Shown: one piece after another, positions 46,441 to 54,325 of the stretch | How positions within the stretch are numbered: the stretch's first letter is position 1 | How the letters are laid out: each line of letters begins with the position of its first letter | Assembly (NCBI GenBank): GCA_963728665.1 | Contig: CAVSLG010000021.1 | Span: forward strand, 7,158-71,157 | Length of the DNA stretch: 64,000 nucleotides | Direction: 5' to 3' | Source: an uncultured Actinomycetes bacterium | GTDB lineage: Bacteria; Actinomycetota; UBA4738; HRBIN12 | Translations under genes and position numbers: made by a program | Notes under the pieces: model-generated | The model's database searches: none | Seen by the model: only the letters and a program-made list of their open reading frames with translations | Told to the model about the DNA's origin: nothing

Positions 46441-47600
46441 GCGACCTGGTGATCCGCAACATCGGCACGATCGCAACCGGCGACGTGGCGGCCCCGATCG
46501 CCGACGGCGACACGGTCGTCGTACGCGACGGGGAGATCGCGTTCGTCGGCCCCGAGGCGAGCGCCGACGCGTCGGGCATCTCCGCCGCGATCGACGCCGC
46601 CGGCGCGACAGTGACGCCGGGTCTCTGCGACGACCACACGCACCCCGTGCTGGGCGACTTCACGCCGCGACAGTCGCAGGTCGGCTTCATCGACTCCTAC
46701 CTGCACGGCGGCACGACGACGATGATCTCGGCGGGGGAGCCGCACACGCCCGGCCGCCCGACCGATCCAGCGGGCGTGAAGGCGCTCGCGATCCTCGCGC
46801 ACGCCTCGTTCGCGAACCTCCGCCCCTCGGGGGTCAAGGTGCACGCCGGCGCCGTGCTGCTGGAGCCGGGTCTCACCGAGGACGACTTCCGCGATATGGC
46901 CGCGGCCGGTGTCGAGCTCGTCGGCGAGATCGGCATCTCGGGCGTGAAGGATCCTGAGGTCGCCGCCGAGATGACGCGATGGGCGCAGGCGTGCGGCATG
47001 CGCGTGATGGTGCACACGGGCGGCGCCTCGATCCCCGGCAGCGGCATCGTGGGCGCCGACTTCGTGGTGGCGGTGCAGCCCGACGTCGCCGGGCACGTGA
47101 ACGGTGGCCCGACGGCGCTCCCGCTCGATCACGTCGAACGCATCCTCGCCGAGACGTCGGCGCGGGTCGAGATCGTGCACAACGGGAACGTGAAGGCCGC
47201 CGGCGAGGTGGCGGCCCTCGTGGCGGGTCGGGGGGAGCTCGATCGTCTCGTGATCGGCACCGACAGCCCCGCGGGGTCGGGGGTGCAGCCGCTCGGCATG
47301 CTCCGGGCGATCTCGTGGGTGGCCGCGATCGGCGGGGTCGACCCGGCCCTGGCGCTGGCCGCCGCCACCGGGAACGTCGCGGCGCTGCACGGCCTCGACA
47401 CCGGCGTCATCGTGGCGGGGCGTGAGGCCGATCTGCTCGTGATGGATGCGCCGCTCGGCTCGCAGGCCGCCGATGCGCTCGGCGCGCTCGCGATCGGTGA
47501 CACGCCCGCCGTGGCGTCGGCGATCATCGACGGGAGCCCGCGCTTCACGAAGAGCCGCAACACACCGCCGGCGATGCGACCCGTGTCGTTCGCGGGCTAG
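46437..47600 (+). CDS. enamidase-like amidohydrolase
   Basis: GTGA overlap upstream. 387 aa. TVTPGLCDDHTHP metal site, MVHTGGASIPGS, HVNGGPT and C-terminal TKSRNTPPA fit an enamidase-type layout. Confidence 0.7.
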   Translation: MSDLVIRNIGTIATGDVAAPIADGDTVVVRDGEIAFVGPEASADASGISAAIDAAGATVTPGLCDDHTHPVLGDFTPRQSQVGFIDSYLHGGTTTMISAGEPHTPGRPTDPAGVKALAILAHASFANLRPSGVKVHAGAVLLEPGLTEDDFRDMAAAGVELVGEIGISGVKDPEVAAEMTRWAQACGMRVMVHTGGASIPGSGIVGADFVVAVQPDVAGHVNGGPTALPLDHVERILAETSARVEIVHNGNVKAAGEVAALVAGRGELDRLVIGTDSPAGSGVQPLGMLRAISWVAAIGGVDPALALAAATGNVAALHGLDTGVIVAGREADLLVMDAPLGSQAADALGALAIGDTPAVASAIIDGSPRFTKSRNTPPAMRPVSFAG

Positions 47601-47617
47601 CTGCCGAGGAGGAGTCG

Positions 47618-48001
47618 ATGGAGGTCGCACGAGCGATCGACGGCACGTTCGAACGGGGTGACGAGGGCCGATTCACCGGCGAGGTGTGGATCCGGTCGGC
47701 GCTCGGTGACGGAGCCGGCACGACCGTCGGGGTCGTGCACTTCGCGCCCGACGCCCGCACGCGATGGCACCGCCACCCCACCGGGCAGTTCCTCTCTGCG
47801 ATCAGCGGCCGTGGTCGCGTGCGCACCCGAGGCCAGGCGGGCCACGTGCTCGAACCCGGCGACGTGATCCACGTCGGCTCCGACGAGTGGCACTTCCACG
47901 GGGGGTCGCGCACGGCCCCGATGGTGCACGTGGCGGTGACGGGCGGCACGGTCGAATGGGGCGAGCCCGTGACCGACGAGGAGTTCGACGAGGGGTTCTG
48001 A
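47618..48001 (+). CDS. cupin domain protein
   Basis: GGAGGAG SD. RTRWHRHPTGQFL...GDVIHVGSDEWHFHG are cupin motifs 1 and 2. Confidence 0.75.
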   Translation: MEVARAIDGTFERGDEGRFTGEVWIRSALGDGAGTTVGVVHFAPDARTRWHRHPTGQFLSAISGRGRVRTRGQAGHVLEPGDVIHVGSDEWHFHGGSRTAPMVHVAVTGGTVEWGEPVTDEEFDEGF

Positions 48002-48059
48002 GCCCACGAGGATCCGTGCCGCGGACAACGTGGGGCTGACGTGGTTGCCTGAACGCGCG

Positions 48060-48295
48060 GCCTGCGGCACCATGTGCGGTACGAGAGGAAGGAGGTGGTC
48101 CAGCTTGCATGAACAGCTCGAGACCCTCGAGGTGACTGGCTGCTGAGCCGTCCCTCGCGGGACGGGGGGCCACCCCGCCCGCTTGCCGGGAAGACCGGCA
48201 GAATCCACACCAGCTCACCGACCTCACGTGCTCCGGCTGGTCTACCGGACGAAGCCTCGTCAGAGGCCGAAGTGCTCGTGAGGTGAGATGCGATC
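48060..48295 (+). promoter_or_regulatory. highly structured non-coding leader/ncRNA candidate, family unassigned
   Basis: Dense local hairpins: CTCGAG-acc-CTCGAG, CCGTCCC-tcgc-GGGACGG, GCCGG-gaaga-CCGGC and GCCTC-gtca-GAGGC. A longer-range pairing joins ACCTCAC (48221-48227) with GTGAGGT (48278-48284). No credible ORF. Confidence 0.3.
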
Positions 48296-48328
48296 GAACG
48301 GGCCGGGCCCGGCGGGCCCGGCCCGTTC
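48296..48328. terminator. very stable 14-bp perfect GC hairpin, 30 nt upstream of the next ATG
   Basis: GAACGGGCCGGGCC-cggcg-GGCCCGGCCCGTTC. It is extendable by 4 more pairs with one bulge. No U tract. Confidence 0.5.
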
Positions 48329-48358
48329 ATCGATGGATCTCGGCTCTATCCTCTGGGC

Positions 48359-49495
48359 ATGTCCACATCTGTGCTCGTCCTCGGTGCCGGCTTCGGCGGC
48401 CTGGAACTCTCCACTCGGCTGTCGGAGGAGCTCGGCGACCAGGTCGACGTCACCCTGATCGACCGCGCCGACGACTTCGTGTTCGGCTTCTCGAAGCTCG
48501 ACGTGATGTTCGGCATGAAGGCGCCCGATGCCGTCCGCCTCCGCTACGCCGACATCACCACGCCGCAGGTCCGGTTCCGGCAGGAGACCATCACCGCGAT
48601 CGACCCCGTGGCGCGCCGGGTCGTGACGGACCTCGACACCTACGAGGCCGAAGTGGTGGTCGTGGCGCTCGGCGCCGACTACGACCTCGCGGCCACGCCG
48701 GGTCTGGTCGAGGCCGGGAACGAGTTCTACTCGGTCGAGGGGGCGGAGGTACTGCGCGACGTACTGCCGTCATTCACGTCGGGAAGCGCGATCGTCGGCG
48801 TGTGCGGCCCTCTGTTCAAATGTCCGCCGGCGCCGAGCGAGGCCGCGATGCTTCTTGACGCCTACCTGCGCGAGCGTGGCATCCGCGACGACGTCCGCAT
48901 CCAGGTCGTGATGCCGTTCGGCAGGCCGATCCCTCCGGCGCCCGAGACCTCGGAGGCGATCCTCGCGAAGTTCGCCGAACGCGACATCGAGTTCGTGTCC
49001 GACCGCAAGGTCGCGGCGCTGGACCCGGCTGCGCACGAGGCCGTGCTCGACGACGACACGCGCATGCCCTTCGACCTGTTCCTCGGCATCCCGGTGCATC
49101 GCGCGCCGGCCGTCGTGGAGGCCTCGGGCATGACCGAAGACGGGTGGATCCCGGTGGAACAGGGGACGCTCGCCACCCGCTTCCCCGGCGTCTACGCGGT
49201 GGGCGACGTGACGAGCGTGGGCACGCCGAAGGCCGGCGTGTTCGCCGAGCGCGCGGCCCGCGTGCTGGCCGACCGGCTGATCGCGCGGATCCGAGGGGCG
49301 GCGGAGCCTCCGGGCTTCGACGGCACCGGCGCGTGCTGGATCGAGTTCGGCGACCACGAGGTCGCTCGAATCGACGTGGACTTCTTCTCGACACCCGGCC
49401 AGCCGATCACCTGGTTCACCGAGCCATCCGAGGCAACGGCGGCCGAGAAGGCCGAATTCGGCGCGAGCCGAGGCGCTCGCTGGTTCGGCGCCTGA
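48359..49495 (+). CDS. NAD(P)/FAD-dependent oxidoreductase, sulfide:quinone oxidoreductase/NDH-2-like
   Basis: VLVLGAGFGGLE dinucleotide motif, a central second Rossmann fold, and GVYAVGDV near the C terminus. Confidence 0.8.
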   Translation: MSTSVLVLGAGFGGLELSTRLSEELGDQVDVTLIDRADDFVFGFSKLDVMFGMKAPDAVRLRYADITTPQVRFRQETITAIDPVARRVVTDLDTYEAEVVVVALGADYDLAATPGLVEAGNEFYSVEGAEVLRDVLPSFTSGSAIVGVCGPLFKCPPAPSEAAMLLDAYLRERGIRDDVRIQVVMPFGRPIPPAPETSEAILAKFAERDIEFVSDRKVAALDPAAHEAVLDDDTRMPFDLFLGIPVHRAPAVVEASGMTEDGWIPVEQGTLATRFPGVYAVGDVTSVGTPKAGVFAERAARVLADRLIARIRGAAEPPGFDGTGACWIEFGDHEVARIDVDFFSTPGQPITWFTEPSEATAAEKAEFGASRGARWFGA

Positions 49496-49614
49496 GACGG
49501 AGTCCCTCCCTCGAAGGGACCTTCGCCTGTACGCCGAGGTCGCACGACGACCTACGCTGCGCTCCAGAGATCGGTGACACGGGCGTTTCGGTTCCGTGCC
49601 CCCGTGGAAAGGGG

Positions 49615-49638
49615 ATATCCATGAAGATATCCATGAAG
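49615..49638 (+). repeat. perfect 12-nt tandem duplication (ATATCCATGAAG x2) spanning the start codon
   Basis: Read directly from the sequence. It creates two in-frame ATGs (MKISMK). Confidence 0.9.
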
Positions 49639-49893
49639 AGGACCGCTGGCGTATTGACGAAGAGGACCGCTGGCGTATTGACCGGGGCGATGGTCTTCGT
49701 GACCACGATCGCCGGCACCGCCTTCGCCGAGTACACGGAGACCCCTGCACCGACCACTGTGGTCGAAGGTGGGGGCGGGGGCGCTGCCTTCACCGGAGGC
49801 GACACCTCCACGGCCGCGATCGTTGCGGTCGCCCTCGTGGCGATGGGGCTCGTCGCGCTGTTCCTGGCGCGGCGTCGCACCAGCACCACGTAA
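49621..49893 (+). CDS. 90-aa secreted protein with a C-terminal sortase-like sorting signal
   Basis: Signal peptide ends TAFA/EY. The C terminus is AAFTGG plus hydrophobic helix AAIVAVALVAMGLVALFLA plus RRR tail. That layout is LAxTG-like, as for class E sortase signals. Confidence 0.55.
   Translation: MKISMKRTAGVLTKRTAGVLTGAMVFVTTIAGTAFAEYTETPAPTTVVEGGGGGAAFTGGDTSTAAIVAVALVAMGLVALFLARRRTSTT
49635..49682 (+). repeat. perfect 24-nt tandem duplication (GAAGAGGACCGCTGGCGTATTGAC x2)
   Basis: Read directly from the sequence. It encodes KRTAGVLT twice in the n-region of the signal peptide. Confidence 0.9.
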
Positions 49894-49972
49894 CGGGCGC
49901 GTCGGATCGAGGCGATAGCCGAAGCTTCGCCGAGTACCGTCACGACGGCTTGAGTTCGTTCGCCCTGCTCAC

Positions 49973-51157
49973 TCACCTGAAGGCGGGGACGTGCGCCCGG
50001 CGTTCGCGGGGGACACCCGCCGCACGCGGCTTCATGCCGAACAGGAACCGCGTGACGTTCGTCCGCCTCACGACGACCTCGTAGAGCGCGACCGTCACGA
50101 GCAGCGAGCCGGCAAACACGAGCACGAACCCGGGGAGCGCCGGCAAGGTGAATGCGGTCAGCACCGCGTACGCGACCACGATGATCACGCTCTGGTGCAG
50201 CAGGTAGATCGGGTAGGCGGCCTCGTTCCCCCATCGCAGGAACGAGGTCTCGAACGATAGGAACCGTTTCCCGAGCGCAAGCAGCGCGAGCACGCTGACC
50301 CAGGTGACCGTTGCGGCCCAGACGTCGAGCACGAGCGACATGGCCCCCGTGTCCCACCGGTCGCCGGTGCCCGAGATCCAGAGCCACATCTGAGCCGCGA
50401 CCATCGCGCCCGCCACCGGGGCGAGCCACCTCCACGCGCCGTCGATCGCGGCTTCCATGCGCGGCTCCGAGACGAGCAAGAACCCGCCCACGAACAGCGC
50501 GAACGAGTAGAAGAGGTTCTGCGGGCCGTCGTCGGGCCACGGCACCGCGTCGCCGAGGAACATCACGAGCGGCATGAGGAACAGGTACCAGGGCACCCAG
50601 CCCTGCGGCCCCGTGCGCGCGCGCCAGCGGGCGAACAGCGGCGCCGCGACCATCGAGTAGATGAACAGGAAGAGGATGAACCACAGGTGGCCGGGCGTGA
50701 ATCCGCCGTCGTAGCCGCCGATCTCGCCTTGCATCGTCCAATAGTCGGCCGTGAAGGCGGGGATCGACGCGCTGCCGCCCCGCCACACGATCGCCAGGTA
50801 GGACTGGATCGGCACGATCACCACCAGCCCGAACAGGAACGGCACGAGCAGCCGTTTCACGCGCTCCGCGCGGTACTCATGCGCGTTCCGGCGCCCGAAC
50901 GCGTACCACGACGCCGCGCCGGCGAGCACGAACAGCAGTTCCATCTGCCACTGCGCGATGAACGCGATCACCGACCAGAACAGCGCCTCGCTCGTCGCCG
51001 CCGAGTGCACGTAGAAGTCCTCGAACGGATCGAACACGCGAGCGGAGTGGAACGGCAGCAGCAGGAAGACCGCGATCACCCGGAGCCAGTCGAGGTCGTG
51101 TCGTCGTTGCACGCAGCCCTCCCGGCGTCGCCTCGGACCTCTCGACACTTCGAGCAT
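49973..51157 (-). CDS. acyltransferase family 3 (OafA/OpgC-like) membrane protein
   Basis: LDWLRVIAVFLLLPFHSARVF and about 10 TM segments. Confidence 0.8.
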   Translation of the reverse strand: MLEVSRGPRRRREGCVQRRHDLDWLRVIAVFLLLPFHSARVFDPFEDFYVHSAATSEALFWSVIAFIAQWQMELLFVLAGAASWYAFGRRNAHEYRAERVKRLLVPFLFGLVVIVPIQSYLAIVWRGGSASIPAFTADYWTMQGEIGGYDGGFTPGHLWFILFLFIYSMVAAPLFARWRARTGPQGWVPWYLFLMPLVMFLGDAVPWPDDGPQNLFYSFALFVGGFLLVSEPRMEAAIDGAWRWLAPVAGAMVAAQMWLWISGTGDRWDTGAMSLVLDVWAATVTWVSVLALLALGKRFLSFETSFLRWGNEAAYPIYLLHQSVIIVVAYAVLTAFTLPALPGFVLVFAGSLLVTVALYEVVVRRTNVTRFLFGMKPRAAGVPRERRAHVPAFR

Positions 51158-51217
51158 GCGACCAGGGACGGTGGTGTGGCCCGGGCGAAGGTCCCGGGAA
51201 CGGTGGGAAGCTCAGCC

Positions 51218-52435
51218 TCAGCCGGCACCCTCCTCCGCCACGGCGCGGTAGAGCGGAACCGGGTCCGCGATCCCCTTGAGATCGGCCGTGCCTCGCTCCT
51301 CGAACGTGACCCCCTCAGCGCTGCCGGCCGTGACGACCGCCTCTCCCACGAGCACCTCTTCGGGTCCGGCCTCGGAGGCGATCCGCGCGGCGATGTTGAC
51401 CGTGCGGCCGAAGTAGTCGCCCTCGTCGTAGATCACCGGCCCCGCGTTCACCCCGATGTGCGCCGGCGGCAGGCCACGCGGTCCGACGCTCTGCACGATC
51501 TCGAGTGACGCGAGCACCGCGTCGCGCGGGTCTCGGAAGTGAAAGCACACGCCGTCGCCCAGCATCTTCACGACTTCGCCCTGGTGGCGGACCGCGACTT
51601 CCTTCACGAGCTCTGCGAGCTCGAGGGAGACGCTCGCGGCGACCTCGTCGCCCGCTTCCTCGGTGAGCCGCGTGTAGCCGGTGAGGTCGGCGAACACGAT
51701 CGCTCCGACGCTCGTCGGCGGCCGCAGCCGCACGCCGGCCTGCTCGAGCGCGACCTCGACGTGCTCGAACTGATGCTCGGTCATGAACGTCTCGGAGTGG
51801 CGTCGGAACAGCCACGTGAGCATGTCTTCGCCCGAGCGTCCTGTGCGAAGCCCCACCTCCGCGAGGGCCACCTCGAACGCCTCGTTGTCCCGCAGGCCGC
51901 GGCGCCGGTACTGCTCCTCGATCGAGTGGTGCAGGTAATGCGTCTGGTACTGCGCGACCTTCCGCGCGCTGTCACCCCACACCCGCGCCATGCGCAGCAC
52001 CTCACCCTCGGGGACCCCGGCCGAGATGAGCACGGGGAGCATCTGCAGGACCTCGAGATCCTCCGCGCGGACGAGCTCGTCGTGGGCAGGCGGTGGGAGC
52101 CCGAACGCGACGTAGATGCGCTCGAGCATCTCGACATCGATGCCGACGTCCCGGGCGAGCTGCTCGAACGTCGTGTCCGAACGCGGGTGACGGCGCCCGG
52201 CGCTCTCGAGGTAGCCGAGCGTGAGATCGCCCGAGCCGAGCGCCGATGCGACCGACCCGGCGTCGATCCCTTTCGCCTCGAGGGTCTGCACGACCCGCAC
52301 GACCATCACGTCTCGCCGTCGGAACATGCCGTCGGCGGCCCGCACGATGCCGAGGTCGACCAGGTCCCTCAGACGTTCGACCGTCGTTCCGCCGCGCTCG
52401 GCGAGTTCGTCCTCCGTCAGGAGGTCATCGGGCAT
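51218..52435 (-). CDS. class III adenylate/guanylate cyclase with tandem MerR-like N-terminal HTH modules
   Basis: Start at MPDDLLTEDELAERGGTTVERLRDLVDLGIV. Cyclase motifs are AIVFADLTGYTRL, KMLGDGVCFHF, GVNAGPV and GRTVNIAARI. Confidence 0.8.
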   Translation of the reverse strand: MPDDLLTEDELAERGGTTVERLRDLVDLGIVRAADGMFRRRDVMVVRVVQTLEAKGIDAGSVASALGSGDLTLGYLESAGRRHPRSDTTFEQLARDVGIDVEMLERIYVAFGLPPPAHDELVRAEDLEVLQMLPVLISAGVPEGEVLRMARVWGDSARKVAQYQTHYLHHSIEEQYRRRGLRDNEAFEVALAEVGLRTGRSGEDMLTWLFRRHSETFMTEHQFEHVEVALEQAGVRLRPPTSVGAIVFADLTGYTRLTEEAGDEVAASVSLELAELVKEVAVRHQGEVVKMLGDGVCFHFRDPRDAVLASLEIVQSVGPRGLPPAHIGVNAGPVIYDEGDYFGRTVNIAARIASEAGPEEVLVGEAVVTAGSAEGVTFEERGTADLKGIADPVPLYRAVAEEGAG

Positions 52436-52574
52436 ACGAGGCGGGGTCCGCGACGAACGCGTCGTGGCAGGCCTGCGAACAGAAGTAGTACGTGACGCCC
52501 TCGTGGTCGGCGGTCGCCGCCGCATCGCCGTCGTCGATCTTCATGCCGCAGACCGGATCCGTCACCATCGCCAT
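52425..52574 (-). CDS. 49-aa YHS/TRASH-type metal-binding domain protein, absent from the ORF track
   Basis: MAMVTDPVCGMKIDDGDAAATADHEGVTYYFCSQACHDAFVADPASYAR. GGAGG SD lies within the last codons of the oxidase gene. Its 3' end overlaps the cyclase start by 11 nt. Confidence 0.6.
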   Translation of the reverse strand: MAMVTDPVCGMKIDDGDAAATADHEGVTYYFCSQACHDAFVADPASYAR

Positions 52575-52577
52575 GCG

Positions 52578-54224
52578 TTACCTCCTCGCCACGCGGAAGC
52601 TGAACATCATGCCACTCTCGGCGTGCTCCGCGATGTGACAGTGCGCCATCCAGAGCCCCGGGTTCGAGACGTCGAGCACGATGTCGACGGTCTCGCCGGT
52701 CCTGACGAGCACCGTGTCCTTCCACACCAGGTTGGGCTCGGTCGTTCCTCCGCGCGACAGCACCAGGAACCTCCCCGCGCCGTGGATGTGGAAAGGGTGG
52801 TGCATCGGGTGGTCGGAGTCCATCTCGTTCACGAGACGGATCTTCACCCGGTCGCCGACCGTGAACGCCCAGTCGATCTCGTCGTTGCGCTTGCCCGTCT
52901 CGCGGTCGACCAGGATCCATCGCATGTTCGTCGGGTTCGTCGAGCGGTTGACCTGCTCCATCGTGTCTTCCCACTCGATGCTTCCCTCGGCGTGGCCCCC
53001 GTGCTCGCCCTCGGCCGCGTGATGTTCGGGCGGTGTCTCGAGCGACTCGAGCGCCGCAGGAACGAGTTCGATCGGCAGGAGCTTCATGCCGCAGATCGGG
53101 CAGCGGCTGGGCTCGAGGCTCACGATCTGAGGATCCATCGGACACGCGAAGCGCGGTCCTTCCGCGGACCCGTCGGCTGGCGAGGGCTGCGCCATGTCCA
53201 TCTCGGCGACGAGCGCGAGCACCTTGTCGGGCTCGCGGTCGAGGTCCGTCTGCAGCCTCGCCCGCTCGCCCTCGAGCTCCGGGCTGCGACGGAGCGAATC
53301 GAACGAAGCCGCCGCAGATGTCTCCGTTCCCTCGCCGACGGTGATCCGGCCAACGACGTACGTGTGCTCCGGCGTCCTGTGCTCGAGCACGACGTCTCCC
53401 TCACGATCGAACAGCACGTCGACGATCGATCGTTCCGAGGGAGCGATCATCGTCTCGTCGACGAACGTCTCCCGCTCGTACCGTCCGCTGTCGCCGCCCA
53501 CCAGCTTCATGCGCGTGCCCGACAGGCCGACGTTGAAGACCCTGGTGCTCGCCGTGTTCGTGAGGAACATGCGGACGACCTCGCCCCGAGCGACCTCGAT
53601 GCGCCAGTCCGGTTGCCCGCTGACCAGCATCACGTTGCCGAATCGGCCCATCGCCGTGTGATCGGGTCCGGCACGGTCGTACGGGGCGAGCTGCCCGTCC
53701 TCGATCAGGATGTCGTCGATCGTGAGCACGACTTCGCGATCGCTCGGCGGCCAGTAGTCGGCCTCGTTGGGCTCCACGACGATGTTGCCGTAGAGCCCCG
53801 AATCCTGCGTGTAGTCCTCGCGGATGTGCGGGTGGTACCAGTACAACCCCTCGTCGGGGAATCGCACGTGGTACGTGAAGGTCCCGTTGACCGGGATCGG
53901 CTTCTGCGTGTCGTGCGGCACGCCGTCGAAGCGGTTCTCGAGCCTCAGCCCGTGCCAGTGCACGGTCGCCTCGACATCGGCGTCGTTCGTCACATGCACG
54001 ACGATCTCGGAGCCCTGCTGCACCCGCAGGGTCGGTCCGGGGATCGAGCCGTTGTAAGCAAGCATCCGCAGCAGGTCGTCGCCGACCTGCTTCGCGACCG
54101 GTGCGATCCGGAGGTCGAGCTCGTCCCCATCGGCCAACCGGACGCTCTCGGTCTCGTGCGCCGTCGGCAACCCGGACGGGTCGCGGGGGAACGGCCCCGT
54201 TCCGGTCGATGCGTGGTGATGCAA
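52578..54224 (-). CDS. multicopper oxidase with an inserted heavy-metal-binding zinc-ribbon-like module; no signal peptide seen
   Basis: Copper ligands are HWHG, WYHPH, HPFHIHG and HCHIAEH..M. The insert is ACPMDPQIVSLEPSRCPICGMKLLP plus a His-rich PPEHHAAEGEHGGHAEG. The N terminus MHHHASTGTGPF has no Tat or Sec features. Confidence 0.85.
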   Translation of the reverse strand: MHHHASTGTGPFPRDPSGLPTAHETESVRLADGDELDLRIAPVAKQVGDDLLRMLAYNGSIPGPTLRVQQGSEIVVHVTNDADVEATVHWHGLRLENRFDGVPHDTQKPIPVNGTFTYHVRFPDEGLYWYHPHIREDYTQDSGLYGNIVVEPNEADYWPPSDREVVLTIDDILIEDGQLAPYDRAGPDHTAMGRFGNVMLVSGQPDWRIEVARGEVVRMFLTNTASTRVFNVGLSGTRMKLVGGDSGRYERETFVDETMIAPSERSIVDVLFDREGDVVLEHRTPEHTYVVGRITVGEGTETSAAASFDSLRRSPELEGERARLQTDLDREPDKVLALVAEMDMAQPSPADGSAEGPRFACPMDPQIVSLEPSRCPICGMKLLPIELVPAALESLETPPEHHAAEGEHGGHAEGSIEWEDTMEQVNRSTNPTNMRWILVDRETGKRNDEIDWAFTVGDRVKIRLVNEMDSDHPMHHPFHIHGAGRFLVLSRGGTTEPNLVWKDTVLVRTGETVDIVLDVSNPGLWMAHCHIAEHAESGMMFSFRVARR

Positions 54225-54325
54225 GCGTCGGTCACCTCCTTGGGGACCGAGGGTGCCGTCAGCAACGACATCGAGTCAAGTCGCAGAGTCGACGGCGTTG
54301 CGAAGCCTGGACGTACCCTCCGTGC

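Noticed and set aside
48120-48200. ZTP (GTGACTGGC) and cobalamin (GCCGGGAAGACCGGC) riboswitch-like substrings.
   Set aside because: Only single short blocks match. The partner elements (CCGCCTGGGC for ZTP; the GGGAA..GGTG..GCCACTG core for cobalamin) are absent or out of order. The downstream gene does not fit either regulon.
48031-48222. tmRNA-like strings: GGGGCTGA at 48032 and CCAGCTCACC at 48210 resemble ssrA 5' and 3' ends.
   Set aside because: There is no T-arm (GGTTCGA..TCC), no CCA-adjacent acceptor pairing and no tag-peptide reading frame. The span is too short for a tmRNA. At most it could be a degenerate fragment.
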